A model generated the notes under the pieces. That model was not told the DNA's origin and did no database searches. It was given only the letters and a program-made list of their open reading frames with translations. Positions 13,464-27,969 of a DNA stretch of 64,000 bases are shown here, piece after piece (position 1 is the stretch's first letter; every line of letters starts with the position of its first letter). The DNA comes from Octopus bimaculoides (taxonomy: Eukaryota): NCBI RefSeq assembly GCF_001194135.2, contig NC_068989.1, positions 94,981,761 to 95,045,760 of the forward strand, given 5' to 3'. Made by a program: the position numbers and the translations under genes.

Positions 13464-14029
13464 GTAATATAAATGAAATGTCAATTGTTTTGGTGCGTGA
13501 CATTTGGCTTTCACTGTGCATGTGTGTGTGAGTTTATTTGTGTGTGCTTGCGTGTGTGTGTGTTTGTGTATCTGTGTGTGTATGTGTGTGTGTCTGTGTT
13601 TGAATTCATGTGTGCGTATTGCTGCTCATGTAAAAGTTCCATGACCTCTTTGTTAATGGATAAAGGAGATGATTATTTCGTGTAAATTTTAACAGCCTGA
13701 ATATAATAACGCCAAACAGTCAAAATGCAAAATTATCGCATTTGATCTTTTGTTTTTCTTTCTTTCTTACTTTTTGCCACGAAACTTTAAAAATCTGCAA
13801 CTGTGATCGGAAAAAAAACGTTTCAATTAATCAGATCAAACATCGAAAAGCAACAGGATATTATAAAATGTTGCAAATATAAAGAAAACTTCTCTAAAGA
13901 ACTGCAAATTGAGACTGACCATTTTCCAATTAAAGAAGTCTCCGTTTTGAGAGACTGGTTCTTGAATATTACATAACATCTGATTGAACAACTGCAAAAT
14001 AATTCTAATATTTAGAAATGGTTGTCTAC

Positions 14030-14215
14030 GATAATGCTGGAGTCTCAACGCGCTCAACTGACCGGTTAGAAATTGCAGCCTAATCTACCTCTACCCAACC
14101 TTGCTGTTCTAAAAATAAGGTGACAGTGGTCCTTGATATAAACGGTGGATTCGTCACGGCTGGAACCTCTTTGTTCATAGGTCTATTCAATCAAGGTGAA
14201 ACGGATGCGTCAGTA
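14030..14215 (+). repeat. Unclassified interspersed repeat family D
   Basis: Motifs shared with 9480-9720 and 54905-55130. Confidence 0.45.
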
Positions 14216-14302
14216 ACAGAATGTGTTGTTCATATATATGAGATGTGTGAATATACATTGTATACATGATGCATTGATACATACATATGTGGGAACACAT
14301 TT

Positions 14303-14336
<34 letters not shown>

Positions 14337-14576
14337 CCTGATATCTGCTCATTTCTATCAGTGAAGAACCAATACGAAGGGAGTGGCTATTGACCGAAGT
14401 GATGTCATGCCAGTCGAATATTTTCGAATATTTTACGTCGCAAAGCAAACACTTCGTAATCTATGGCTGAGTCAGTTTTCGCTCTCATTGATTCCGATGC
14501 TATAAATAGCAATAATGTAAAGCATATATTTCATATATTCTCAAAACCGGTCTCAAAATAGGAACAACATGAATCC

Positions 14577-15204
<628 letters not shown>

Positions 15205-15489
15205 AATTATGAATCCACTTTGACCAAAATTGGTTGATAGAAACAGCAGCATCGACAACATCCAAAATTCTAACTCTAGAATAGTATTACACCTTGTCAG
15301 CTAAACTTAATGAGCAGAAACTGTGGAGAAACCCGTCAGGTAGATTGCAGGTGTATGTCAAAATCTACGTTTGTCGCTCTTCTTTTCTACCAGATTTTTT
15401 GAGGTTTGTTTTGTTTTTAAAATTATCATCGATGCTTCTGTGACATTACTTTCTAGACAGAGGTGCTGGCCCCGTACAAACCTGGTCTT

Positions 15490-15660
15490 ACCTCTAGAAA
15501 AAAATGGTTAGGATTAGTCTGGCCTCTACCCTTAGATTTGCTTGCATGGGAGACCCCTCCTTGAGCAAGCACTCCACCAGAATAGCTCGCAGTGTTGTTG
15601 AGACATATAATCTACCACAGTACACCAAGGCCAAAACCTTGAAGTGGATTTCTGACGTGA
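15490..15660 (+). mobile_element. Probable RTE-type LINE 5' region remnant
   Basis: cccttagatttgcttgcatgggagaccc...gcactccaccagaatagctcgcagtgttgttgagaca resembles RTE 5' sequence as I recall it; not verified by search. Confidence 0.4.
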
Positions 15661-15734
15661 GTAAAAAAAAAAACAGGTGTTTGTGTAACACGGGGAAGAA
15701 CAAATAATACAAGGGACTTCGGTGGAAAATCACC

Positions 15735-15960
15735 AGTCCTCGGTGGTGCTGTGTTCATTCCTAGTGCTCGGCACCTTGGGCTACTGTCTTCTATTATAGC
15801 ATCGGTCCAACCAATACCGTGTGAATGAGAATGGTAGCCGGAATATGTGTCGGGGACTAGCGTGTATATGCGCATGTGTGTATGTATGTGTGTGCGTGCG
15901 TGTATGTGTGTTTTCGTGTGTGAATGCATAGTTTTATCTACCAAAATAGTTAACCAAAGT
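15735..15960 (+). mobile_element. SINE family A, partial
   Basis: ggcaccttgggctactgtcttctattatagc CORE-like segment and (TG)n. Confidence 0.65.
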
Positions 15961-16234
15961 GCCAATGTGGAATTGGATCAGAAATTACTAATAGCGTAGC
16001 AAAATATTTATCGCTGCAAAGAGAAGCTTCTTAAACAGTTTTATGTCTTCTCGGCGTATTCTTCAGAAATTTGAAACGCTAAATATTTTAAATATTCTGC
16101 AGAACTCGATGAAATATTTATCTACAATATCAATCTGTAATGGTATTTATCAGGTACACTCATGATTGGTTTGTAGGCATATAAATATATAATGTAAGTT
16201 GGAATATAGTATAGAAGCATAAATGTGTGTATGC

Positions 16235-16321
<87 letters not shown>

Positions 16322-17142
16322 GTGTATAGACATTAACACAAATATTTACATAAGTAAACAATTAGTCTAGACATTCTGTATAGTTACAAAAGTGAGAAAG
16401 TGAATTTGAATATTATCTGCGCATTTACGCTTTGCTGGCCAGATGCAATACACTAGCAAGAGTGAGTAAAAGACTTCATAGCGGAGGCGTATGATTTAGT
16501 ACTCCTGCAGTCAGAAGTTAAATGCCTCATATTTATATAATCCACTTATTGGCCAAACAATTCATAGCCTATGCCCACTATGCATCCGCAGCAAAACACG
16601 CAATCATGTTTCGTCCATGTTTTCTTCCTGTCGTCTGCTAACCTGAGATTTTTCACTTTTACTTCCTGCCCTTTCCTCAATGTTACTCGAACACCTTTTT
16701 GTTGAGTTTTGGTCGCATCATTTTGTCACCCAATAACAATTGACAGTAAACTTTCATGATTTTTAGCGTTCCCTACAAAATGTTTTCACAATTCTCTATT
16801 TAATTCAAGTTTCGGTATATGGCCGTCTGTATATATTGTATAGAGCGTTTTTTTGCGTAGAGAGATTGGTTTCCGAACTGCATACTGTTCAAAAGCCATA
16901 ATGGAAACGAATTGTTTTTTCAAAGCTTTTTCAGAATCTCTTATTTGAAGTATTTAAAAACTCCACACATATCTACAGATTAGCGTATAGCGATGGCAGA
17001 TTGGTGTGTAGCAATGGTGAAAGCCAGACTGTTCCAGATTCGATTCCACTGGGTGCTACATTTCACATGTATCATCTGAGGCTCAAGTTGCGTTAATAAT
17101 GAAATTTTGTTAATGAGAAATGCGAGGAAGTCCGTCAGTCAG

Positions 17143-17237
<95 letters not shown>

Positions 17238-17539
17238 TATACATATACACATGTGTATGTATGTGTGTGCGCGTGCCTTGTCTGTTTATGTGTTTTGCCG
17301 GTGTAAAACTGTAAAATAATATAAACGTTGGCGAGAGAAACGAAGAATTGGTTCTTCCGAATAGAATAATTTGGTCTGCACGACTTGCACAGACAATCCT
17401 CTGTCATTGACGCCCTCACAATGCGTTGAAACAGTGAACTACGTGAGCAGTTGAAGAGCAGTGATTAGGGATGCCATTGATCACTAAATATGACATGAAA
17501 TGACAATTGAAATAAACAGCTACAACATGGGAGAAGAGC

Positions 17540-17800
17540 TAGTACAGGGAACAAAGAAATCTTCCACATTCACAGCCCACTTTCCGTGTTTAACACTCAA
17601 TTCACTTGTCATTCCTCCTTTAATCTCCCATTATGCATCCAAGCTCCAAGGGTCATCGCTAAACTCTACACTCAAATCTTTTCCTCTTTGCAAATGTCGT
17701 TCCTGCTGGCATCAGCTTTCCACGGTTAACGGCATTCATCTCAATCGTTTGGAAGGTTCTGCGAAGCCCATGCACACACTCCCTTCTCCTATATCGTATT
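17540..17800 (-). mobile_element. Possible RTE-type LINE RT C-terminal remnant
   Basis: Weak translation similarity only (FQTIEMNA, LGAWMHNGRLK). Confidence 0.3.
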
Positions 17801-17914
17801 AATAAAATTACGTGTGTGTGTGTGTGTGTGTGTGTGTCATATGATGCATCATCACAATATTCCAATTTTGCTCCAAATGTCTGTTACAACGTGTGCATGC
17901 AACAAGTATATCGC

Positions 17915-18062
17915 AAAATTTCCGTTTCCGTCTACCAAATCCACTCACAAGGCTTTGGTTGGCCAGAGGCTATAGTAGAAGAGACTTGCCCAAGGTGCTA
18001 CGCAGTGGGACTGAACCCGGAACCATGTTGTTGGTAAACAAGCTACTTACCACACAGCCACT
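17915..18062 (-). mobile_element. SINE family A, 5' half
   Basis: Reverse complement reads gagtggctgtgtggtaagtagcttg...ccgggttcagtcccactgcgtagcaccttgggcaagtctcttctactatagcc. Confidence 0.88.
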
Positions 18063-20019
18063 CTTGTGACATTCTCTGCCTGTAATATATCAGTCCACAT
18101 TAGACTCTCTATATATCATGAAATGCACCCGTCACGAACCATAGAGAATTACTATGTGGGGTCACGAGTGGGGTCACGAACCAACTAAAGTGTTACTATG
18201 TGGGATCGCAACTGGCAGAGATAACAGCCATGTTGTAATCAAATTATTATACTCCACCATACTATCACCTTTATAATATCATTGACACATTTGTTAGCAG
18301 TGCTCTACAGACTGTTAGATTTAATGCCAGTGATGGTAACACTGCTGAATCTGAGCCGCATTGGATGGAAGGCTTTATAACAAAACTAACTTATACCAGT
18401 TCTATTGATTAACCAAGCCAGATATTTTCAATACAACTCAGCATTTCCAAATCACATCAAAAGTATATATCGTGATATAGTGATTTAATCCATCCAGTGA
18501 TGAATGGAAGAGTATACAATATTAAGTGATGAAAGACATAGTTTAATAACAAAATTCTTTTGTAAAAGATTGCTAGTGTACATCATTGAAGATAAACTTT
18601 CAACAGTGATACTGGTTGGCAATAAAAGTAGGAACATTATTCCCATCACCACTTAAAACTGATGAAGTAAGACGACAGGAAATCCCTGGGAGGCTTACAT
18701 CAAATAGGATTCAAATAAATGTCTATTAAAATTTAATTTACAAAATACAAAACGGTTTTCAAAGGAAAGGGGAAAAAACGAAAGTACAAATTAAATTTCT
18801 AGTGAAGTGTTTTAATGCTTTTTCTTTCTTCCTCTCCAGTTTGCCTTCTGGATTTTATGTTTGGTTTCGTTGTGTTTGTTTTTAGTTTTGTTTTCCTACT
18901 GCAGGCTGTTGAATATATTTAAAGGAGATTTTTACTGAAATAAGTCAATAAAAAGTAATGAAATCCTGTCAATGGAAGTATCATTTCAATTCTCAATTTG
19001 TCAGGAAATGAAAAGTTAAATGAGGAAAAGCTAAAAATCATGAGAGAATAAATCTCAATAATGGATGAAAAACATTTACTCTTCATATGGATGAGAATCT
19101 GTTGAACATAAATGAACGGCTGCTGGAGTTGGTGTGGCTTAAGGTTTTCACACAGAGCTTCCATTAAAATGAAGATGGAATATTTACTTTTATTTCTTAT
19201 AATGTTTTGTAATTAAATTAAACGTACAGCACTTTTATCTAATTTGAAAAATAGAATGTATGACTCGTGGTAATTTGCGTCACTAGTCTAGAAAAAATCT
19301 GAAGTGTGTAAGATTTTTATCAGTGACAGAAGAACGACATTTTCAAGTCACATCGTGGTACATAGTTGTGGACACTGGTGAGAAACATTCTTTGATTACC
19401 AAAGATGACTCTGATATTAGTTAAGACTGAGAAATGCAAAACTGAAATAACAATTTTCCATTCGGTTCATCAATTAAAATAACAGTTTGCTTAGTATTTC
19501 ACGAAAAAATATTCGAACTTAATTTAATCTACGCGGAACACTTGAATATCGATGCGTTTAAATTTATACGATGGCAAAGTTTGCTTTCTCTTACGGTAGG
19601 TACAAATACTGTTTATATTTAGTGGAAACATAGAGATGCGTCCTTCATGCCTTTCTTAATGGAATTATAATTGGTAGTAAAGTGAAATATTTTCAAACAA
19701 GACTCTAAAATATATCTTGATCTAGAAACATCGCCAATTCAATGGTGCTTTGCTAGTTATACTAACATGTCACTTCCTAGATATAATTTATCAGCGAAAA
19801 ATGTTGATATAATCGCAAATTCGGCTCCCTACAAGCTTAATACTCGTTCAAAGGTGGAATGAAATATATCTAAATAGAAGAAAATGTAACGTTTGAATTT
19901 ATAGAGGAAATATGCTAAAAAATTCGAACTGCTCGGATGACATGGATATGAAATAAATCGTTTTGTGGAGACACATTCGATATGTCTTGGTCTAGAAACA
20001 TCTCCTATTTAGATATAGT

Positions 20020-20240
20020 TGTGAGGGTAAGAAGTTTGTTTCGCAATCCCTCGGATTCAGTTTCGATCACACTTCACAACACCTTCACCAATGTCCTCTA
20101 GCCTCTGGCTGGCCATTGCTTTGTGAAGCACATGCGAGTGCGCGTGCGAGGTTGTATGTATTAAGTTCGTGTGAGTCTCTTTATGCTTAGTTTTGGCTCT
20201 CACCGTTTGGCAACCAGCGTCGGCTTCTTTGCACCCCAGT
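20020..20240 (+). mobile_element. SINE family A, degenerate
   Basis: Collinear weak match to family A from head to tail. Confidence 0.5.
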
Positions 20241-21293
20241 AATCGTACATGTATCTAACCAAATCATCAGCATTCAAACTGTTCAGGCATTTTTATGGCT
20301 TTAATCGCTTTTTCATACATCAGAAGCGACAAATTCTTCCGATCCACAAGCTTGGGCGAGAATTATATAAATATAAATATTTATTTTATATAAATCCGAT
20401 GTTGTTTTTTTCATTTCTCCAGTGAATATATGAACACTGTCAAATATCATACAATGAAGTAGTTGGAATACCAGTACAACAGAATAACAGGATGGTTTAG
20501 AAAATTAAGTTGCAAAAATCAAATTTTAAACTGCTAAGTAGATTAAGACGATAACAAAAAAACAAAATTAAACATGTATATTTCATGCCTCTTCTTTATA
20601 TCTTAATTTCAAATTCTAACTTCTAATCTGGCTGGATATTCTAAAGAAATGATTATCTCCTTTGTACTAACTCTCCGCTGGGAATACCACATGTTCGCAG
20701 TATACAATATAGTTTGCTCATAAACAGAACGAAACACCGAAACTGACCTTAGTTCTTTGCTGCGTCCACAGCTATTCCAATATCTCTTCCATCCATCATA
20801 CCTATTGCTACCGCTACAGCTATTACTACTGTTACCACTACTACTAGGTAGTAAAGCTATCGGTCCATCGCCAGCCATTGTGTCTTGCCATTACTGTATG
20901 TTTCCTGGAGACTTCAGTCTGAGACTTGTTCTCATTTCTTAGCTTTCCAAACATCCTAACTTCCTCTCTCATCTTCCATCATATACAAACCTCTTATTTC
21001 TCGGATCGCTCTTTATTATTATACCTTTTTACTGTTTGTTGGTTGATTTTATTTAGTTTTTATGTTACTCATTTTAAAAATTTTTTATGTTGTTTCAAGC
21101 CAATATATTCACAATCTTTTTCATCGTAGCAAGCCTTACAGATAATGTGGCCTGAAAACAATTTTAGTTTTGTATCCACAAGAAGCCACAAAAATTCCTG
21201 ATAAAGAATGTATTTATATCTGAATGACACCGAGTTTGCTTATATATTTCCTCCAACCCTGCTTCTCCTCTCTACCTCTCATACATGTGTCTG

Positions 21294-21339
<46 letters not shown>

Positions 21340-21672
21340 TATATGTATTTATATATATATATACACACATTTATGCATATATATGTATATATATATTGGT
21401 GTATATACATATATGTGTTTGTTTTTGTGTGTGTAAATGTGTGCGCATGTATAATAATAATGAGATCGTTGTATATATATGGATATATATAAATAGAGAG
21501 ATACCTGCGTGTCTGTAAATATCTGTATATAAGTATATCTGTTATAGAAAGGGGAGAGAGAGAGAGAGAGAGAGAGAGAGCGGCTGTATGAATGAAAGAG
21601 ATAAGAAAGGGAAGACTTAAAAGTAATTGGATAGGACAGTTGCCTGGATAGTGGCTGGACGTAACCAAATAC

Positions 21673-21709
<37 letters not shown>

Positions 21710-22344
21710 CACCATCCAGTATGATCGTAATTGCAGCAAAGTGCTCGGTTTATTAATTCTATTGGTTTAGAGTCTAATTCATAAAATCGAAGGAGAAAAA
21801 AAAAGTAACGTCGTCGAGGATGCAGGAAGCAACAGTCGCATGAATTATTTAATCAGTCTGTCGGATATATCTTAATCTTCGCTGAGTATATATTACCCCC
21901 CGCTGATACTTTCTGCTGACGGTTTGGCCTACAATGGAACCTTCTTGATTAAGTTTCTCAATATTAGATGTGATTTTGCTTGGAGCGATTTAGTCTAATT
22001 AATTTCCGATAAATAGATTATAATAACCTTATCGTCAGAGGGTAATATTTAATAATGTTGATTCATAAAGTTTAAAATGCACGCATTAGTAGAGTATACA
22101 CGGAGCGGAAGTTATCCAACATGACATGAAATAAATGCGATCATTTCTGCATTTCTCTTTTGTTTGTGGTACTAAAACTTTGGTAGCTTCCATAATTTAC
22201 CGTAAAACCTTACTGGCGATATATTTAATAGTACTACGTTACCATATTTCAATATTGTATCACTGAGACGGTTTCGATGCGTTTCGTTGGTGTTTTTAAC
22301 ACCACGACGACGCTAAGATACGTGCAAAGTTAAGGGCGGTGCAC

Positions 22345-22790
22345 AGATTGCTGTGTAGCCTTATGATCAAGGGTTTGCTTCCCAATTACATGGTCCCAGG
22401 TTCAGTCCAACTGCGTGGCACCTTGGGCAAGTATCCCTTGCTATAGCCTTCAGTCGGCCAAATCACTGTGAGTAGATTTTGCAGACGAAAACTGAAAGAT
22501 GCCTGTCGTATTTATATGTGTGTGGGGATGTTCTGTGTCTGTTTGTTCGCCACCACCGACTGACAACCGGTATTGGTGTTTACGTCCCCGTAACTTAGTA
22601 GATCGGTAAAAAAAAGTTCGGTAGAATAAATATCAGGTTTTGAAACAATTAGTCCTGATTCCAGGACCTATTTTTTAAAAATAACCTGATACTAAGACTT
22701 TAAAACCTGATTCCTTCGAGTACAACTTCTTCAAGGTTGTGCCCCAGCATGGTCTCCAAACTGCGAAACTGAGAACTGAAAAATAATAAA
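22345..22790 (+). mobile_element. SINE family A with internal foldback insertion
   Basis: caggttcagtccaactgcgtggcaccttgggcaagta head/CORE; tail interrupted by an inverted repeat at 22631-22691. Confidence 0.85.
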
Positions 22791-23873
22791 TTCTTGACGA
22801 TTAATGGACATGTGATATTTATTCATTTTGTAATCTGAATCAATATCTATGATACACAACTAAGCAGGTAAATGTAGAGAATTACAGATTAGTTACCGTC
22901 AGAATTCGTTTAGAATCGATTTTCTTCTCGAAATATTCTTTTATGTATCAACGACAAATTATTGTGGAAGAAATAAAACCACTGCAAATGAATATACTTC
23001 TCTTTGTTGTCACCAACTAAACCTTATTGTTGCGGATTAGTCGTGGTCTAACAAATCTATGAAGTAATCCCTTCCAGTCATTGCCATCTCGTCATTGGTG
23101 TACCAGGAACTATATTGCTGAAATTAGCTTTGATTTATGACTGTAAGGTATGACTCGTGAACGCTTTTCTTTCCATTTTCAGTAGAGTGAGCGACTGTTT
23201 GTCACTTGCGTTGTGTATCACATTGTCTTCCATTTAACAATTCCGCTCTTCTCCCTTTCTCCCTTTGACTTAAACTATAGATTTAAAATCTTCAGCGTCA
23301 TTGGTTGACCTGACAGTTTACTTAAGTCCATTAGCAAAATGGTCACTTTTGAAAGCGAAGTGGGTTTTCAATTGTTTAGTCTAGGGAGGCTTATAGAAAA
23401 AGGTTTAGCTACATAGGTACTACAATAATATTATTACTAGTACATACTGTACAGGAACGTACTAATGGTATTAGGTACATGAGCACAAATTTGTTTACAT
23501 GTTAATAATCATTCTTACATTATTTTATCCTCAGAAAGTGTAGGAGGTCTGCGAATTCTAAGGAGTAATTAAGTAAGAAGGAAACTGATCGATTCGATCA
23601 TCATTCGAAGGTGCCTAAAATCTATTTCAAAACAATGTCCCATACTTGGCAATATGGATTCAAATAGTAATCTATTCATGACCGTACTGAAACCCCAGTA
23701 ATTACTTTCAAAGTTGTCGAAATAAACACTGAAGTTTAATAATACGCCCACACGTTCTACGACATTAGACCTGCTTTCTAATGAACCAGTTCGAAAAGCT
23801 AAATTGTTGACTCGATGCGAAATCTCACTTTCTGCAAGTCTAGGGCAGGGAAGAAAACCTTTTCAGTGGTCGA

Positions 23874-24732
23874 GACAAATAAGAATTGCTTAAATTCCTC
23901 AGGGACAAATAGGAATTACTTAAATTCCTCAGGGACAAATAGGAATTGCTTAAATCCTTCAGGGACAAATAGGAATTGCTTAAATTCCTCAGGGACAAAT
24001 AGGAATTGCTTAAATTCCTCACGGACAAATAGGAATCGCTTAAATTCCTCAGGGACAAATAGGAATTGCTTAAATTCCTCACGGACAAATAGGAATTGCT
24101 TAAATTCCTCTGGGACAAATAGGAATTGCTTAAATTCCTCAGGGACAAATAGGAATTGCTTAAATTCCTCACGGACAAATAGGAATTGCTTAAATTCCTC
24201 AGGGACAAATAGGAATCGATTAAATTCCTCAGGGACAAATAGGAATCGCTTAAATTCCTCAGGGACAAATAGGAATTGCTTAAATTCCTCAGGGACACAT
24301 AGGAATTGCTTAAATTCCTCAGGGACAAATAGGAATTGCTTAAATTCCTCAGGGACAAATAGGAATCGCTTAAATTCCTCAGGGACAAATAGGAATCGCT
24401 TAAATTCCTCAGGGACAAATAGGAATCGCTTAAATTCATCAGGGACAAATAGGAATTGCTTAAATTCCTCAGGGACAAATATGAATTGCTTAAATTCCTC
24501 AGGGACAAATAGGAATCGCTTAAATTCCTCAGGGACAAATAGGAATTGCTTAAATTCTTCAGGGATAAATAGGAATCGCTTAAATTCCTCAGGGACAAAT
24601 AGGAATCGCTTAAATTCCTCAGGGACAAAGAGGAATCGCTAAAATTCCTCAGGGACAAAGAGGAATCGTTTAAATTCCTCAGGGACAATAGGAATTGCTT
24701 AAATTCCTCAGGGACAAATAGGAATCGCTTAA
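23874..24732. repeat. 30-bp minisatellite, about 28.6 units (GACAAATAGGAATTGCTTAAATTCCTCAGG)
   Basis: Exact 30-nt period; each unit contains the hairpin AGGAATT-gctta-AATTCCT. Confidence 0.98.
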
Positions 24733-24884
24733 AAGTCTGTGAAGCGAAAATGCGATAAGAAAAATAATTCCAATTTTATGTTACGAAGAACTTCATCACT
24801 GCAACGCAGGTTAAATCATTGTATTGTTCTTAAGAAGCGAAAGGGGTTTTTTTATGGAACTGATTTTTAAAGATGTCAGATGTA

Positions 24885-25330
24885 GGCAAGGCTGTGTGGT
24901 TAAGAAGTTTGCTTTACAATGACATGGTTTCAAGTTCAATCCTACAGCGCCGTGTCATTAATGCATTAGAAATGACCTACGAAGACGAGAAGTGTGCGTA
25001 AGTTTACATACACGCACGCACAGACACACACACACACACACATATACACACAAAGCCATGCAAGCGGATTTGGTTCACAGAAACTGAAAGAAGCCCGTCA
25101 TATATGTGTGTGTGTGTCTTTGTCCCCTATCACCGCTTAACAACCGAAGTCAATGCATTTACATCCCCGTAACTTAGCGATTCGGCAAAAGAAGCCGATA
25201 GAATAAGTAACAAACTTTAAAAAACCAAGTACTGGGATCGATTTGTTCGACTAAAGAAAATTCTCCAAGGTGGTGCCCCAGTATGGTCGCAGTTTAATGA
25301 CTGGGACGTTCAAGAAAAGAGAAATAAAAG
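24885..25330 (+). mobile_element. SINE family A, CORE-like segment replaced by unrelated sequence and (CA)n
   Basis: Head ggctgtgtggttaagaagtttgc...caagttcaatcc; tail resumes at about 25050. Confidence 0.8.
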
Positions 25331-25427
25331 AAAGCTATAAATGCCTGTATGTCTGTCAGTCTGTCTGTGTGTGTATGCGTCTGTCCGTGTTTCTCTGTGT
25401 GTGTTTGTGTGTGTGTGTGCGTGTGTC

Positions 25428-25464
<37 letters not shown>

Positions 25465-25469
25465 ACGCG

Positions 25470-25695
25470 TGTATGTCTGTGTGACTTTGTGTTTGTCTCC
25501 TTTACTACCTGGCAACCGGTACTGGTTTGTTTAAGTCTCTCTCTCATAACATAACAGTTCAACAAAAGTAACCGACAGAATAAATAGCAGGCTTTAAAAA
25601 AAACAAGTTCTGATGTTTATTTGTTTGACTCAAACTCTTCAGTGCGGTACTCCAGCATGGCTACAGTCCAATGAATGAAACAAGTAAAAAGAGAA
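25470..25695 (+). mobile_element. SINE family A tail
   Basis: ggcaaccggtactgg...gacagaataaatagcaggc...ctccagcatggctacagtc. Confidence 0.7.
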
Positions 25696-26738
25696 ACAGA
25701 CATTTTGAAGTATGAATGCGGACCAAAGTTTGTTGACAGATGAAGGGTTGTAACTTCGCATCTAGAATATATGATTGTGCCACTTGTCTCTTTAATGTTT
25801 CGCCGTCCGTCCGCTCTTTCCAGTTCATTCATTCTTCTCTATATTCATACGATTTCCTTCTTTGGTTCTTTCTATTGATTCGGTGTTGCACGCTGTTCCA
25901 TTTCAGAAATAAGTATTCTTCACATTACAACACACACCTTCACTGCAATATCACACCTTCACTTTACCTATGATCTAATTAAAATACATGCTTGATTATC
26001 ATTCTCTATTACAATTTTTACACGAGTGTTTTTACTTATTTATTTATATACTTTAATTATCTCATTGAAGTTCCTCATAAATAAATCCTGTAACTCTGAA
26101 GATATTTTATCACAATTTCCAATTTGTTTTCGTTATTGATCTAGTCAATAGAAATTAACTCGTTGTTTTAAGCATAATCGATGCTTTCGTCAGTCTTCCT
26201 CTTTGCTTTCTCTTCCATCACCTCTTCATCAAAACTATCACCACCATTATCAGTAGCGCCATTCTTCCAGACTGTTATTGTCTGACGTTCTTTACTACTC
26301 TTTACTCACTGAAAGCAGTTTTCAACCGTTTCAACGTTTCAACCATTGTTTTTAATGCTGTTTGCTACGACAAATTGTTTTACTACTTACTGTCTACTAT
26401 TTTGCTTTATATCGCGCCGTCTTTCTCAAAATTTATTGTTCGAAAGCAAGTGTGCTTACAAGAATAAAGTGATATTTCACATCTGGGTATTAATCACTGA
26501 TTTCTTTTATTTGACAATACCCATTCCTAAACGAGACAATATTCTCAGAGTCGTAACCATTTTAGGATCTCTTTTATACTCAGAACACTGAAAAAGAGCA
26601 GACATTTGACTTCTGAAAGTAAAGATGCTTTTTTACGGCTGTTTTATTACATCTATCTCAGAAATAAGCCTCAGCAAGGGAATATCTGACACCGAAGTTT
26701 TTCCTTTATTCCAACTTACATTTTACCACTTCTTTTTA

Positions 26739-26791
<53 letters not shown>

Positions 26792-27261
26792 ATGTAGATA
26801 TACACGTATAACACACTCACACACATACACATATAAACATATATATAAACACATTTGTATAAAAACACGCTCACAAAAACATGTGTGCATATATATATAT
26901 GTGTGTGTGTGTGCGTATGTGTGTATATGTATATATAAATATACATATTTATCTCTTTTACTGAGTATTTATATAAAACTTCACGTATCTCGTCCGCCTC
27001 GTTTTGTGTGATTTTTTACTTTTATTGTCTGATAACTGTAATTATTATTGACGATATTAGGTGAAATAGTAAAGCTTATGGTGTATGTGTGTGCGTGTGT
27101 GTGTGTACGTGTGTGTGTGTTTGTGTGTGTGATACAAATATGAAGAAAAGCAAAAAGTAGAAATAAATTTTATGTTTATATGCAACATAAATATAAAACT
27201 TTGTCGGTGCTCGGCGAATGTACATGGAACTTATTTTCTGCACGCACACGCACACACGTAC

Positions 27262-27313
<52 letters not shown>

Positions 27314-27969
27314 GCACACTCACATAGACACATACACATGCACACATACATATATCTATACACATAAACACACACACATACACAAACACACACAGCGCTC
27401 TTACATGTATAGATATTTAGCTAGATACGGCTAAGTTCAAGACGTTGCTTTACCTGCCGGAAACAACAGCCAAATTCCCCTTAACTCGCATTCAACCTCT
27501 TGAGATACTTCGAGACTGCCCCAAACATACAAAAGACGTCATTTGCGAAATGTCTGTGGATCAATTCCGGTCCAGCCCCACGCACATATCCACAATCCTG
27601 AAGACGATAAGTGGGGAGGCATGAAGAGCAGCCATTACAAGGCAAGAGATGGTCGAGGAGGCTGGGCAACGTTCATTAATATCTGTGAGCAAAAGACAGC
27701 TTAGAGTAATAGTTTTTTCTCTTTATGATTTCGGGTAAAACGTTCAACGGTAACGTATGGTGACTCCGTACACAGTGAGATGAATGTCACGACTTATTAA
27801 AATGGTCAGCTTGGGTTTGTTGATTAGTTGATTGCATTGGAATAAGGACCAAGTAATCGGACCTGTGGTGTTTGTTTGGTGATCAGTGAAACTGTCGTCT
27901 AGCCGGCGTCCATTTCACTCATCTTTACGTAATAACAGCGCTTACACTCGATGCGGCTTCGGTGTTTCT

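Noticed and set aside
15498-15656. Symmetric phase 0-0 exon (ctctag|...|gtgagt)
   Set aside because: The sequence resembles an RTE-type 5' region and has no protein similarity; TE exonisation cannot be excluded.
18131-18204. hAT subterminal repeats (gggtcacga)
   Set aside because: No TIRs or 8-bp TSD were found; cannot be classified.
18905-18960. Exon after a strong polypyrimidine acceptor
   Set aside because: All three frames stop within 12 codons and there is no donor; at most a non-coding or terminal exon.
19711-20005. LTR pair from a 25-bp direct repeat 270 bp apart
   Set aside because: Similarity does not extend to the flanks; no TG..CA ends or TSD.
22260-22315. HHR relic on the minus strand (TGGTGTT/AACACCA hairpin before GAAACGC)
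   Set aside because: The CUGANGA box is missing.
23840-24688. LRR protein from (LRNLSNSYLS)n
   Set aside because: The 10-aa period does not fit LxxLxLxxNxL; it is a by-product of a stop-free 30-mer.
23874-24732. CRISPR array
   Set aside because: Palindromic repeats but no unique spacers; eukaryotic context.
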